A DNA stretch of 64,000 nucleotides from Octopus vulgaris (Eukaryota): NCBI GenBank assembly GCA_951406725.2, contig OX597820.1, forward strand, positions 47,182,001 to 47,246,000, in the 5' to 3' direction. The notes under the pieces were generated by a model, which ran no database searches, had not been told where the DNA came from, and saw only the letters and a program-made list of their open reading frames with translations. Position 1 is the first letter of the stretch; each line of letters opens with the position of its first letter. Both the position numbers and the translations under genes were made by a program. Below, piece after piece: positions 49,751 to 63,639 of the stretch.

Positions 49751-51634
49751 TTGTTTCTTCAATATTTAAAATAGAATCAATGTTGGTTTCTACGTTACAA
49801 GGAGAGAATCTTATCTACTTCCTTTTCCTGAGTTCATTAAAACCTGTCCAGATAAACTACACTCCTTGCTACCTCCCACACCACTGCTTACATTGTTATC
49901 TTCGAAAAATCTGCATGACTTGAATGTATGATTTTGCTAAAACTCACAGCGGTATTAGAGTTAAAAGTATGTGTGATGGATAAATCCTTCCCCTCTCTCT
50001 ATATATATATATAAATACGCGCGCTTGTGGGGCGGAGTCGTTTTCGAAAACAATATCCTGAATTTTGATTTGAATCCACAAATTTTGATAACCGTTTGGT
50101 AGTATTATTAGGTGTGATTATAAGCGGCTTCTACTACTATTACTACTCTTTCTCTCTCTGCTGTGTGGACTAAGGACTTTATCAGTTGTTACCGCTTGTT
50201 TGCAATGCCTTCATATCGTATGGGCGCCGAACTCTTGTGTCTAACAACGAAGGGCTATTTAAAAATGAATTCATTTTTAATACGTTCACGAGGGCAAAAT
50301 ATGTATGTGAACATTTTTTCTCTGAAATATTCATATTAAATCCGTCTCTATCTCCCTTCAGTAATGTAAAATACTGGTGATATTGTGATATTTTGTTACA
50401 CGAGGTATAATTAGGTTATTTTATGGAGAGCCGAGTAGCAGTTCTAGTGTGACAGTTTTTCTTGTATGTATGTGTACACACACATGGGGGAGAGAGAATG
50501 TGTGTGTTAAATCCCTCTACGGTTGGCAAAATAAATACCAAATGAGTACTGTGAGTCTCATCGGCTATAAATAACCAACCTCCCCTGGATTTGAGGCCTT
50601 GTATCTGTTTGAAAATTTGATATTAAATATGTCTCAGTTCATCTAAATACGAGTTATTTCTTTATAAGAAATTCAAGATTAAATTAGAGTTAGATTAAAC
50701 GTATTGTGTTATATATATATATAACTTTTTATCTTATGTTTTTATATAACATCCTTATACCCACATATACACACATTTTATTTTCTGAAAGAGTAACTTA
50801 ATATTCTATTAATTACATCTATAAATACATCGAGGACACGTTTACTAGTGTTTTAAGCTCCCGTTTCAATGTTGGACTTATCTGCTTGTTTCTTGACCTC
50901 TCTGTCTCTTTCTCTTTACTATTTTTATGGTTCCTTTCTATTCTTTTCCCTTAATTTGTACGCTTTCCTTTTTTTTTTTTTTTTTGGCACCTTTCCTCCA
51001 CTTATCTTTCTTTCTCCCCTTCATCCTATCTCTTTCTATTACACTCTCTTTCTTTTTGCTTCTCTTTCTCTCCTGTTGCTACTGCTTTTTCTCTTAATCT
51101 AGTCTTTCTCTCTCGTTTTGATGGTCAATGACTCCTACGTCTATCTAGTCTCCCGTCTCTCTTTAATCTGTTTACATCTCTTCGGGTTTAGAGACGGATT
51201 AATCGTGCTGTGTAAATTATAATAAAATCAAGGTTGTTTCACCACTATTACTGCCATTGCCACCCACTACTGCAACAGCACGTTTGGCACCTGATTTTCA
51301 TTCCCACTTAGTTATAAACTGCTATTCGCCATATATCTCTAATACTGTTAGAGCAAAGCATATATGTCCCATATATGTTCATTTTATTTGGCGGGGGAGT
51401 ATTGTTACTTATGTCGGACGCCTACTACTAGCAGCAAAGTTGTGTGTGTACGTTTCTAAAATGACGGGATAGCCAAAAATGATTTCGGTCTTGGTTGTAC
51501 TCAGCGTTGACCTCGGACAGCAATTACCACGATTAACTACATTGCTATTCCTGTCATGTAAAAGCTGGTAAAGCTCTCTTGATGTGACTATTTTTAACTG
51601 TTAACTTAACCCTGTCTCTCTCTCCGTTTCACTT

Positions 51635-52365
51635 GCTGTAGCTGTGTGGTTAAAATGCTTGCTTCCCAACCATATGACCTTGGGTTCTGTTCCGCTGCGT
51701 GGCACGCGAATTTTTTTTTTTTTTTTTTGTCTCACAAGAGTTCCGGACCCCAGTAATGAACTCATTTTGATCAACAGGGTCAAACTTTAAACCTCTATAA
51801 CTTTTTAAAAACATTTTTATGGAAAAGAATGAAACAACTGCAGTAATTCGATTTGGGCAATTTTATTATTGTGCCGACGTCGGAGTAACCAATGAACATC
51901 GAAAGATCAACACCAAGAAAGAAGTAATAGAATTTACATATATTTATTAGGGAAAAAGTAAGGAATGCACGGTGCTGAGTAGAAAGGAAGACAGGATAGA
52001 GATGGCTCTGCTCTGATTGGCTGTATGCAAATGAGTGCATTACTGGGGTCCAGAACTCTAGTGGGGGAAAAAATTTTGCGCACGGTACCTAGGAAAGTTA
52101 TTTATTACTATAACCTTGGGTCGACCAAAACTTTGTGAGTGGATTTGGTTGACAGACATTGAAAAATGTACTTATTTGTGTTTGTTCCCCACAACACTTG
52201 CCAGCCAGTGTTGGTTTATATCCCCGTAACCTAGTAGTTCAGTAAAAGACATCGATAGAATAAGTAGAAGGATTAAAAGAATATGTACTGCAGTCGATTT
52301 ATTCAACTAAGCCCTTGAAGGTGGTGCCCCAGTCCAATGATTAGCAAATAAAAAGTATAAAAAGT
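51635..52365 (+). mobile_element. Degenerate SINE family A split by a MITE
   Basis: Head ends at ~51705 and resumes at ~52080. Confidence 0.7.
51706..52079. mobile_element. MITE
   Basis: IR AGAGTTCCGGACCCCAGTAATGAACTCATTT / AAATGAGTGCATTACTGGGGTCCAGAACTCT plus T/A-rich ends; degenerate 8-9-bp TSD. Confidence 0.75.
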
Positions 52366-53704
52366 AAAACCTTTCGTACACATCACTCCAACTGTAATGT
52401 ATGTATTATAAAAAGCTAATCCTTTCTGAGCCACAGGGAGTCCTTAGGTTGCTTCTGTTTTTTAGGATTAAATGGATAGGCGATAGATCTACTCAACATA
52501 ATTCTACTGCAACAAAAACATCATCAAAGGAGCCTCTGTTGTTTGCCCTGTTGGAAAAAGGAATTGAAATTCTCTCATATCACACTCTGTTACTGATGTT
52601 GGATGTGTCTCTCCAGGGTAATGTAATCCTGGATTAACTGGATGATCATGAATGCAATGCTTTTGATCACATAGCTGCCCTGTTAGAGCCAGCCTAGGGA
52701 TAAAGAACTACAACTTGATAGATAGATTAGCAGAATTGGCAAATAGACAAAATGCCTTGGGTATTTGGTTACGACCTTTCATCTCTGAGTTTGAAAAGTT
52801 GCCACAGTCCATTTTGGCTTTAACATTTCTTCTAGGATTAATAAAATATATATTCGAGTTAAGTCATTCTAATCAATAACCTCCTTCCCTTATTTGCAAC
52901 CTTTGGATTGGCAGAATGTCAGAAAGAATGCTAAGCAGAATTTGTTCTGGCCCTTTATGTTCTGAATTCAAATCTGGATGAGATCACTTTTGCTTTGTAC
53001 CCTTCTGTAGTCAGTTGCTAGGGTTGATCATTTCCTCTCCCAAAAATTTCTGGCTTTGTGCCTCTCCTTTTTTGTCTTTTAGTTGGTCAGAAAAATAATG
53101 CCCAAGATTGGTTTGAGGATACCTTTCTCCCTTCCACCAAAGTATTAAACCCAATTGGTTGCAAGAGAATGGATTCCACTAAAGGAACTCAAGGTTCTAG
53201 GTGGTGGTGGTGGTGGTATTAAACCAGCAATAAATTAAATCTACACCCAAGTAAGGCCACAGCAAGATTTGAACTCAGAATGCAAATAGCCAGAAAAGAG
53301 AAAAAAAAAATACTGTGAGGTATCTGGTCTAGTGTTTTTTTACAATTCTACCAATCAACCTCCCTAGTTTGGTATGTTTTTATTGACCTTGAAAAGATGA
53401 AAGGCAAAGTTGATCATGGTGGGATTTGAACTTAGAGCAGAGAATTGAAACAAATATGATGAGATATTCTGTTTGATACTATATTGTCCTACCATTTCGC
53501 TACCTTATGAGATTTCTCTAGAAATTATTATTGCAAAGACAAGTGGAGTAAAATTGTTAAAGCATTGTACAAAATAGCACTCAGTTATAGTCTGAGGTCA
53601 ACTTGAGTAAACTTTTTATTTTGTTCTCAAAAACTCAATAAAATAGGTACTAGTGAAATATTGGGGTCTTCTAAACATCTGTGACCTTCATGGATTTTTA
53701 ACAG

Positions 53705-54212
53705 TCAGCATAGGCCAAGTGAAATTGTAGTTGTGGACAGTGCTAGTAACATAGAAAAGGCACTGTTGTAGTGCCAAATAAAAGGTGCTTGTGACAGTGA
53801 CACAAAAGGCGCCCATGGTGGTGACATGTTAAAGGCACACACAACGGTGACACTAGAAGGCACCTGCAACTGTGATGTGTAAAAGGAACCTACAATGATG
53901 ATGTGTAAAAGGCACCTACAATGGTGACGTGTAAAAGGCACCTAAAATGGTTACTCGTAAAAGGCACCTACAATGGTGACTCGTAGAAGGCACCCATGAC
54001 AGTGACTTGTAAAAGGCACCTGTGGTGGTGACTTGACATGTGAAAGGCACCCACTACACTCTTTGCGTGGTTGGTGTTAGGAAGGGCATCCAGCTGTAGA
54101 AACTCTGCCAGATCAGACTGAAGCCTGGTACAGCTCTCTGGCTTGCCAGTTTCAGTCAAACCATCTAACCCATGCCTGCATGGAAAATGGATGCTAAATT
54201 ATGATGATGATG
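53705..54212 (+). mobile_element. Family C retroelement with an expanded ~26-bp internal minisatellite
   Basis: About 11 units of AAAAGGCACCTACAATGGTGAC-like sequence, then TAGGAAGGGCATCCAGCTGTAGAAAC and (GAT)n. Confidence 0.7.
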
Positions 54213-54825
54213 GATATGCTATATTGGCTCAGAGCTACTGATATATTAATATTTTTCAGCTTTGACATAAGGCCAGTAATTTTGAGGCAAAAGGATTGGG
54301 TTGATTGTGTTGGCCTACAGCACTGAACTGGTACATATTTTATTGACTCTGAAAGGATGTAACACAAAGTCGACCTAAGCAGCATTTAAAATCAGAACAT
54401 GAAGAACTGGAAGAAATGCTCCTAAGCATTTTGTCCAGCACAGTAACGAGTCTACCAGTTAGATGCCTTCCACTAATAATGTATGTTAGATTAAAATTTT
54501 CTTCTAGAATGCAATTGTTCATAATACATATCTTATCTAAGTTGTGCAACTCTATGCACAAAGTACTTTAGTTGTTTCCTTATATGTACAAATTGCAGTA
54601 GTAGTTTCTACTTGTATTTAGTTAAGATTACTTATCTTCTGTGAAAGCTGTCACCTTTAAGTGTGGAATGTGAAGTGCTTCTAGTTTGTCTCAGATCACT
54701 TTTGGCATATCCAGCTCCTATTACTTCTTTCATAACATTAAATTCACACGAGTAACATGGTGGTACTTTGGCAAACTGAAGTGGTATTGATACTACCTGA
54801 AGGAAAGCTAGTTTAGACAGGTTGA

Positions 54826-55035
54826 AGGCGGTGAGCTGGCAGAAACGTTAGCACACCGGGGCGAAATGCTTAGCGGTATTTCGTCTGTCGCTACGTTCTG
54901 AGTTCAAATTCCGCCGAGGTCGACTTTGCTTTTCATCCTTTCGGGGTTGATAAAGTACCACTTACGCACTGGGGTCGATATAATTGACTTAATCCGTTTG
55001 TCTGTCCTTGCTTGTCCTCTCTGTGTTTAGCCCCT
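54826..55035 (+). mobile_element. SINE family B
   Basis: Full match; flanked by AGGTTGAAG on both sides (TSD-like, overlapping the element ends). Confidence 0.85.
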
Positions 55036-56096
55036 TGTGGGTAGTAAAGAAATAGGTTGAAGTATGTGTGTGTATACATACATTATGTATACACACATAT
55101 AGATAGATATAATCTCTCCAAATGTAAGCTAAAGAGGAAGATAGTATACTGAATATATGAATAAAGCTTGTTCATATAACTCTGAAGCCAAGATAGATAA
55201 GTGATTGTGTGTACACATGCATGTGCACATACATATTAGAAAGAATCACAAAACCATCTTGTTTTGCAGAGAGCAGACATAAAATGGCCGAGTGGATAAG
55301 GCATTGAATTACCTGTTCATAAACTGTGAGCTCAAATAACTCACAGCCGTTCTATTTTTTGATTTATAACAGTGTTTGTTCATCTGTCTAGTTGGCAAGA
55401 ATGGGTGCTGAGTCTGGGGGATATTGGTGATAGACTGGTATTCTATCTATAGATGCGAGGTTGACATTGTTTAACAAAGCATATCTCTATGACCTATTTA
55501 TGTAATATATATTTTTTTATTAAGAGAATAATCTGTGATGTATTCTGTGTCTTATTTGCTGTATGTTTGTAAGTACTGGCATTTTGGTTGTGATGTTATG
55601 TGTCTCTTTTTATCGCTCCATTTCTTACAAAGATATACTGTTGTAATTTGAAATTGATATGTTAAGGAAGCTTTCTGTTTTTTTGTTTTTTTGCTATGCA
55701 ATTATGAGGAATAAATAATTAATCTCCTTGTCTGTCTGATTAACATAGAAGAGACTATGATTTCTTTCTCGTTGCCTAAGAACTTTTTGCAGCGTGTTTG
55801 TGCCCCATCTCTTTTTGCCTCTGGCTATTTTCATTATGCTGGCCTAATTTCCAGTGTTATATAAAAAAACTGCCAACCGTGTCATACTTTTAGTTATATT
55901 CTATTTTGGCTAACAGGTAATTGAAACCATGTCCTTGATTGTTTAACTTTTTATAGTTTGTTCCATATTTATCCACTTCTATTCTGCTCAGTATTGATCA
56001 TGTCAGGGCTTTTTGTAGTCCTGGTTTCTATTTAGTTCCTACTCATTACCATCTGTTACCTCATACAAGAAATCATTACAATAACTTATCATATCA

Positions 56097-56503
56097 AGGC
56101 AGCATGCTGGCAGAGTCATTAGGGTGTTAGGGAAAATGCTTAACAGCATTTCTACCGTCTTTCTATGTTCTGAGTTCAAATACTGCTGAGATCAGCTTAG
56201 CCTTTCATCCTTTCTAGGTCAATGAAATAAGTACCAGTCAAGTATTAGGTTGATTTAATCAACTTATCCACTCCCTTGAAATTGCTGGCCTTGTGTCAAA
56301 ATTTGGAGCTGACAGAATTGTTAGCACACTGGGTAAAATGCTTAGTGGCATTTCATCTGTCTTTACATTCTGAGTTCAAACTCTGCTGGGGTCGACTTTG
56401 TCTTTCATCCTTTGATAAAATAAGTATCGGTTGAGTAGTGGGGTTGATGTAATCAACTAGCCCCATCCCTCGAAATTGCTGGCCTTGTACCAAAATTTGA
56501 AAC
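56097..56503 (+). mobile_element. Two tandem degenerate family B SINEs
   Basis: CTTTCATCCTTT core twice, tail AAATTGCTGGCCTTGT. Confidence 0.7.
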
Positions 56504-56504
56504 C

Positions 56505-56958
56505 ATTATTATTATTGTTGTTTTACTTCTTAGTGTGTTCGGTCTTGTTTGCTCTGGTTGATTCTGTGAGAGCGGACAGCTGCCTTTTGTCACTGGTCTC
56601 ACAGGTCTCTTTACGCACATTATAAGCTCTGATACTTGGTTGTTTATTATCATGGAAGATATTCAACATCTCAGTACCAATCTCAAAATCCTAGCTGTAC
56701 CCAGCAAAGCAGTTTTGGGGCTTGTTCTGCTCTCATAACAATTTCAATTTCTTTGGCATATTTCTTGGACTTTGTTGTTAGTGCTCCGAGTGCCCTTACA
56801 ACTGCTGGGATGACACACACTCTCATCATCGTCCATGTTCTTGCAATTTCATCTTTTAGTAGTCTGTACTTTTTAATTTTTTTCTAGTTTTTTTTGTCAC
56901 TTATACGTACATCTCCAGGTATTGCAATGTCTATAATCTTGGTTTCCTTTTTTCCTTT
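56505..56958 (-). mobile_element. 3' fragment of an R4/Dong-like REL non-LTR retrotransposon
   Basis: Frameshifted translation IVMIDKGKKETKIIDIAIPGDVRISDK/LEKIKKYRLLKDEIARTW...VIPAVVRALG...ALLGTARILR (restriction-like endonuclease domain); (TAA)n tail. Confidence 0.8.
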
Positions 56959-56971
56959 ATCTATCATAACA

Positions 56972-57545
56972 ATATTGTTATTATTATTATTGAGTGAGAG
57001 AGCAGTGCATGCCATTAGAGTGACAGGGGATAAAATATATGAAGCCCAGTATACTCTCATGAGTACCATTTTTATAAGGGTGCATCAGGCACATGCATCA
57101 CAACCATATGTGCACAACATGGTGATCTCATACCAAGATAAGCAGCTCATAACCTTGCAGGTGGAGCCCAGTTAGAATTTTCTTCAGGTTGAGTAGCCTG
57201 TCCCACTCAAAAGGTCCCTGAATAAGGGTTAAGGATGTTGAACAAAACACCCAGGTTTCCAGAGGTGAATTATTCAAACCTCAAGGAATTCCTCTCAACA
57301 CATGGCTATGATGCTCTTCCACTACTTCTGCTCATGATCAGCGATACACATATATCGTCAGCCACTAAGGTACATGCTCAACTGGTTAAGATCAAACAAC
57401 TGACAAGCAAATGTGTGGTATTGAGCAGAATATTTGCTGTAACCCATCTGTTATATCAAGAAAAAACAATGTACATGATAACACTTGCAATCAGTTAAGT
57501 TCAGAAGCCATGAGAGCCACTGTCATGTACTGCATCAAGGCATTT
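56972..57545. repeat. Probable interspersed repeat bounded by (TTA)n tracts
   Basis: Compositionally distinct ~570-bp block flanked on both sides by TTATTA repeats; single copy in the window. Confidence 0.35.
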
Positions 57546-59464
57546 ATTATTATCATTGTAACATTAAGGCAGAATCTTTAGGGTGCCTAATAAAATTCGC
57601 AGCAGCATTTTTTCTGTCTTTCTATGTTTTGAGTTGACTTTGTTTTTCATCCTTTTGAAGGTCAATAAAATAATTACCAGCTGAACACTAGGGTCGATGT
57701 AATTGACCAGTCTTCTCCCACTTGTGACCATAATAGGAAGGGGTGGTAATATAAAATGGGTAGAATATTTGGTTCAATGGCAATCTTGAGGCAGAAGTAG
57801 CTTGTAGAAATAATTACAATACGACCAGGTGATGTGATACAATATTTGAAATGAACATTCTAATGTATATAGGTGCCACTGTGTGTATATAATTATATGC
57901 ACTGACTGGGAATTTAAAGTTGCAGAATTTCAGCTATTGCATTGCCTTCATCCAAGTGTCCTATAACTCCATTCACCTGAGAAATACTTCTGTCTGTGAG
58001 AATAGAAACACTGAGGTGGGTTATGTTGTGTCATTTAGTATTATTTATATCCAGCTTGTCAATCACAGCTACAAACTGCTGGTTAGTTTAAATACTGACC
58101 TTCCATGTCATGTATATGCTTTAGTTGTCACTTTCCTGTCACAGTAGAGAGAGGTTATTGACACCATCTAGAATATGGTGTGCTTTTTGTTTTATGTTTA
58201 TATTTTGTCAAAATAGCAGCAATTGCTAAATATCCATTCCTGTATTTTTTTAAAAATTATTTTGTATCCATGTATCACAGGATATCTTTTACTCTTCTGT
58301 TTTTGTGCTTTACTAGTAGTGCCAAGTCAGAGAGAGGTAGTTACAGATTATATCTAATGATCATTAACATTAGCAGAGTCACCTTCATTGTTTATATATA
58401 GCAGTTAAGAATCATCATCTTTATTTAACATCATGCTGGCATGGGTTGGATGGATAGGAGGTGGCAAGTCAAAAGACTGTACTAAGGTCCACCATCTGCT
58501 TTGGCATGGCTTCTGTGGCTGGATGCTCTTCCTAACACCAGCCCCTTTACTAACTACTGGATGCTTTTTTATAAGGCACCAAGTAACTTGCAAGACAAGA
58601 CCCCTCTCAACTGAAGTGGGGAATAGTGTTGAGGGAGGTGGCTTTGTGTCAGGTGGTGAGAAGAGTTTGAAAACAAGGAAAGAAATAGGTGTCTTGCAGT
58701 AGAGAAGACATGTGACTACCGCAGTTGGAGAGAGCAAGAGAAAGTGCAAGGGAGAGAGAGACATATAAGATGTAGGGGAGGGCATACAAGCAAATTATGT
58801 GGGGGTGTACAGGGATTGGATAGTGTATGTTGACAACATAAGGGGGTATGTAATGACTGGGCACAGATTGAGGGAGGTGGGTGTTCGAAAGTGGGATGCT
58901 AAAGAGTCGTTTGTCAACCAGATTGTGTGGGGTGGGGGTGACACACATACACATAAAGCAACTGTCCCAGCTTCAAAAATGGCGAAATGTTTCAGCCATG
59001 AAACCCTCGATAGCTTGTGGTTTTCATAATAACGTTAGCTTTACTCTCTTAGCTGATCATGTGCTATTCTACTTGCTGAAGCCTTACCACATAATTTATA
59101 TATGTCTACTATAATAATACTCTTGTGTTTTTCTCTATCACAACATATGAATGAGAAAGGAAGATGAATAAGGAAGGAAGGGGTGATGGTAAACTGGTAG
59201 TGGAAGTGTTTCAACTCTGTGTGTGTGCAATGGAAGTGGGATGGTGAGCATTCAACGTTGAAAAGAAAAATCAAACAGCGTTTCAACTCTGTGAGTATAT
59301 GTATGTATATGTACAAGGGAAGTATGTGTGAACCAGCGTTCTTTCAGTAACAAATGATGATCGACGTCGCATCTCAAAAGACAACTACTAGGTAACTTTA
59401 CCATCCATATTTATATATAAAATACTACAATTAGTCATCCTTTTTGACAGCACAGGGCCAGCTA

Positions 59465-59505
<41 letters not shown>

Positions 59506-60107
59506 TAATTCACGAGCAAGCATGGGTGTATACTCTCAAATGTTTGCTTTGTGACCATAGATGTCTTGTAACTTTGGGTTAATCAAAGACCTGTGATTGA
59601 AATCTGGTTGATGAAAGTTGTGCAAAAGCTTGTCAAATGTGTAACAGATGACGGGATTGGTGCACCTGAACAAATATGCTTTCATGTATTTGATTCTGGA
59701 TCAATTACATTTATATTCAAATTGATTCTCTCCTTTTCCCCTTACAAGTTTGTTAAAAATAAGTACTACTTGAATTATTGGGATTGATATAATTGTGGTC
59801 TTGTATTATTCCAAAATAGTTGAAGTTTTATGGCTATCCTGTAGAACACCCACCCATATAATTCACACAGATATATGTATATATTTATACTGGGTCTGTT
59901 TTTTTTTTTCATGTTTTGATTGTTTTTTTTTGTGTATATTCAGTGTTTTGTTTCGTGTTTTGTTTCGTGTTCTTTTTTTTTTTTTAATGTTTATTTTTCA
60001 TTTATAATTAATGAATTTTAATTTTAAAAAATAATAACTGGTGTACCTTGTGCTGACAATTACTGTAGTTACATATTCTAAGTTGATAATTTAAAATTCT
60101 CTACCAG

Positions 60108-61645
60108 GGAAATGTTTACAGTCTGTCAGGCCCTCAGGCGGTGAACCTGTTGTTGTCGTCGTCGTCTCCACCACCACCACCACCACAACCACCACCATCC
60201 TTTATCATCCCTGCAGCCCTGTTGGGGTAGCTTTCATCCTCAGCTTTGCTTCAACCGCAGCAATGAGTGGTAATTCTTCCTGCATCTTTTGCTACTTTGC
60301 TACTTGGGGAAGACCGTAAGAGTGTGGCAGACCAGATAACCAAAATCTCTTTCATCTGGCATCGATATACTTTTTTTCTTTTCTCTTTTTCTCTTTTTCT
60401 TCTTTTTCTCTTTTTTTTTTTTTAAAAACTCGGTATCAACATGGCGGGCGTTCCATCAGCAGCAGCATCAACCACCCTCATCACAACAACAACAACATCA
60501 ATAGCAACAACCACAACAACCACAACTACTACCACCACCACCACCACTACCATCACCACCACCACCACCACCACCACTTCTGTTATGGATGTTTAGAAAG
60601 GTGTTCTACTTAGTGTTGGTCTTAGCGTAACATCACAGCCACCATCATCACTACTACTACTGCTACTACTGCTGTTGTTATTTGCCCATTACAGCAGACA
60701 TCTACTACTGCAACTACAGCTACAGAGCCAGCATCAGCATCAGCACCACCCCTATTCATCTCCACATCAGTGTGGAACATTCCGATACATTCTTGAGTCA
60801 TCATGCATCGTTAAATCTAATAAACTTTGACATAGCGGTGTCAGTCGGCAAATGGCTTGCTTTTTGCTTGTGAGGCCCCTCCAAATCCCTTTTGGGGAGC
60901 CACAAGCAGCCAAATAGCTCAGTGGTGGTGGGGAGGAGGTAAGATGTCTACAACACTGCCACTGCTGTCATCATCACCACCACCACCGGCACCACCACCA
61001 CCTCCATCAACAGCAGCAGCAGCAGCATCCTCAGCAACCAACAACAAAGCCCCCTTTTCTAAATGCTTGTGCAGTGCTGAATGGGCTTAGTCATCATCAT
61101 TATCAACAACAACAACGCCACCAGCAACAGCAGCCGGTTTTTAACATCAATGCATCCCTCTTCTTAAGTTGCACCCGTTGGTAGCGAGTTTCATCCCAAC
61201 ATCTCTGTCGTCACCACTCTTCCGACCACAGTTCTTTCATCAGCCAGTGTTCAGGTTTCTTGTCAGGTCAGTCGTCCCCTATTCTCCTCATGTGTAGACA
61301 GTGTCTTCGTCGAAGATTGTGCCAAGACTCTATTTTCCATTCATGTGCACGTATGGTATGTATACATGCATACGTATACACACAAAACGCACGTACACTT
61401 GTGTCTTGTGTAGTGTGACTCTGGACTGCGTGCTGCGTTGCATACGTAGCTGTTTCTGCAAACATCGGTTCTACAAGCTTCAACCGGCCAGCAGCATTGT
61501 CAATCTTCAAAGTGACTTCTTGTTCATCAGGCCCTTTTTTCGTAGTGGACAGAGCACCCTAGTCCCCACCTGCTATCTGTTGGTCTCTTCTACTACTAGG
61601 GTTACTTCATACATCAACAACTCCATTTTAAGGGGCAACTTTCAG
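60108..61645 (+). other. Candidate large exon (5' UTR, possibly with first coding part) of an unidentified gene
   Basis: U-rich upstream sequence, TTCTCTACCAG acceptor, C/A-rich strand-biased body, consensus CAG|GTAAGA donor followed by pyrimidine-rich sequence. Confidence 0.4.
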
Positions 61646-62710
61646 GTAAGATAAGATTTTGTTTATCTCTATAATACCATCAATCTACCTAATTGATCTC
61701 TCTATATATCTGTCTCTCTCTAGCTATATATCATCTCTCTGTCTTTCAATCTCTCTCCATCCATCCATTTTAAGGTACCTTATTCTAAATTTTTTTTGTT
61801 TTAACTAACAAACCATAAAAATTTTAAAGCTGAATTTTAATTTAATTATTATTTTAATTTTTTTTTTCCCCCCTCTTTGCATCTTTTAATTCAAACTTCA
61901 TTTTATTTCTGTAAATTTCTTTCTTCTATCTTCTCCTCTTGTATTTAGGGTGGGATTGTTATTGCTGCTTTGGAACTTTTGTCTTTTGGTTTTTAGAAAC
62001 AGATCCAAGTAAATAACAGTAATAATACAACTTTGGATTATCTGACTAGTTAACGGTCGCTTGGCTTCTGGCATTTACTTTTATTTTTTAAAACTTTTTT
62101 TAAGGCTTCCAAAAATGACTAGATCTACCGGTCCCTCTTAGCTGTTTATTATCTGTTTCCAGTACTTGTACATGTTGCTTGCTTGATGCATGCAACTTTT
62201 GTGTGACATTCTGCCAAGCTGTGTGTATGTAGACATGTACGTTTATGCGATTATCTTTGTACTAGTCTTTGCAAACTTTCATGTCAGTTTCATATTGATA
62301 GAAGTTAGCATATATCCTTTTGTAAAACTAATGATACAATCTCTTTTTTATTGGTTTCAGCTAGTGACTGTGGCCATGCTGGGGCACTGCCGTTACATTT
62401 TGATACTCAGCATTTTTTCATTCCTCTTAATTCTAATAAATCTAGATATTGCAATTTCAAAAGAAGACCAAATAAAATGGTAAAATAAACACCAATATAT
62501 TATTAGAGGTATGATTCACTTGACTTCTTACCTCTACAATTTTGTGGCCTTGTCCCTTAGAAATATACTTTTGTTAGATTATCTTTCATTTCATAACATA
62601 AGCTTGTTCTAATTTATTTTATTTTGGTCACATTTGGCTTGTATGCATTAGGTTTTTGATATTTTGGCTGTTCTTAATAAATTGGTGTTTGAAGATATTG
62701 TAATATGGTT

Positions 62711-62855
62711 GGGAGTGGCTGTGTGGCAAGAAGCTTGCTTCCTAACTACATGGTCCCTGGTTCAGTCCCACTTGGCCAAGTGTCTTCTACTATAGCCTCA
62801 GGCCGACCAAAGCCTTGTGAATGGATTTGGTAGTTGGAAACTGAAAGAAGCCCAT

Positions 62856-62870
<15 letters not shown>
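62711..62870 (+). mobile_element. 5' part of SINE family A
   Basis: GGAGTGGCTGTGTGG...AAAGAAGCCC. Confidence 0.75.
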
Positions 62871-62912
<42 letters not shown>

Positions 62913-63224
62913 CAATAAGAAAATGGAGGGGATCAATAAGTGGTATTCATCAATGTTTACACATTATATTATGTCAATTTATTTATTTATTTACTAAAAT
63001 GACAATTACAACAATATACATACATGTATAACATATGCTTTACATATATAATATAAAGATACCAGTAATTATTAAAATCTATAACATACAGGAATAGAAA
63101 TTGGGAAAATATCTTACAGCTGTTTCAGCCAAGAGGCAAAAATACCTCATTCTACCTTTATCACTCCAGTAGATTGAAGTAATTAGTAGATGAAATTGAG
63201 GTACTTGGGTGTTTCTGTAGGCTT

Positions 63225-63432
63225 CGTCGTATTTGTATGTCTGTGTTTGCCACCCAGCCATTGCTTGACAACTGATGTTGGTGTGTTTACACCCCTGTAA
63301 CTTACCAATTCAGCAAAAGAGACTAATAGAATAAGTACTAGGCTTACAAAGAATGTCCTGGGATTGATTTGTTCGACTAAATGTGGTGCTCCAGCACGGC
63401 CAGAGTCAAATGACTGAAACAAGTAAAAGAGT
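63225..63432 (+). mobile_element. 3' part of SINE family A
   Basis: CATTGCTTGACAACTGATG...GACTGAAACAAGTAAAAGAG. Confidence 0.75.
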
Positions 63433-63639
63433 ATTCAATTTATTATTTTGTCCTTCTTAAATATCATGTTTCTACCTGTTAGCATTCAGATTATTCTCTG
63501 AAATGTATTACTTATTTATTCATATTGTTTTCAATTAATCATGCATTATCTTGTAACTTTTGAGATATTGATGATGTGATTGTTTAATTTTAGAATGAAA
63601 TTATAGGGTAGATCAACATCAGTGGGATTTGTAGATGTG

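Noticed and set aside
53750-54050. Regularly spaced repeats resembling a CRISPR array
   Set aside because: Eukaryotic context, no cas genes, and the spacers are related to one another; it is a retroelement-internal minisatellite
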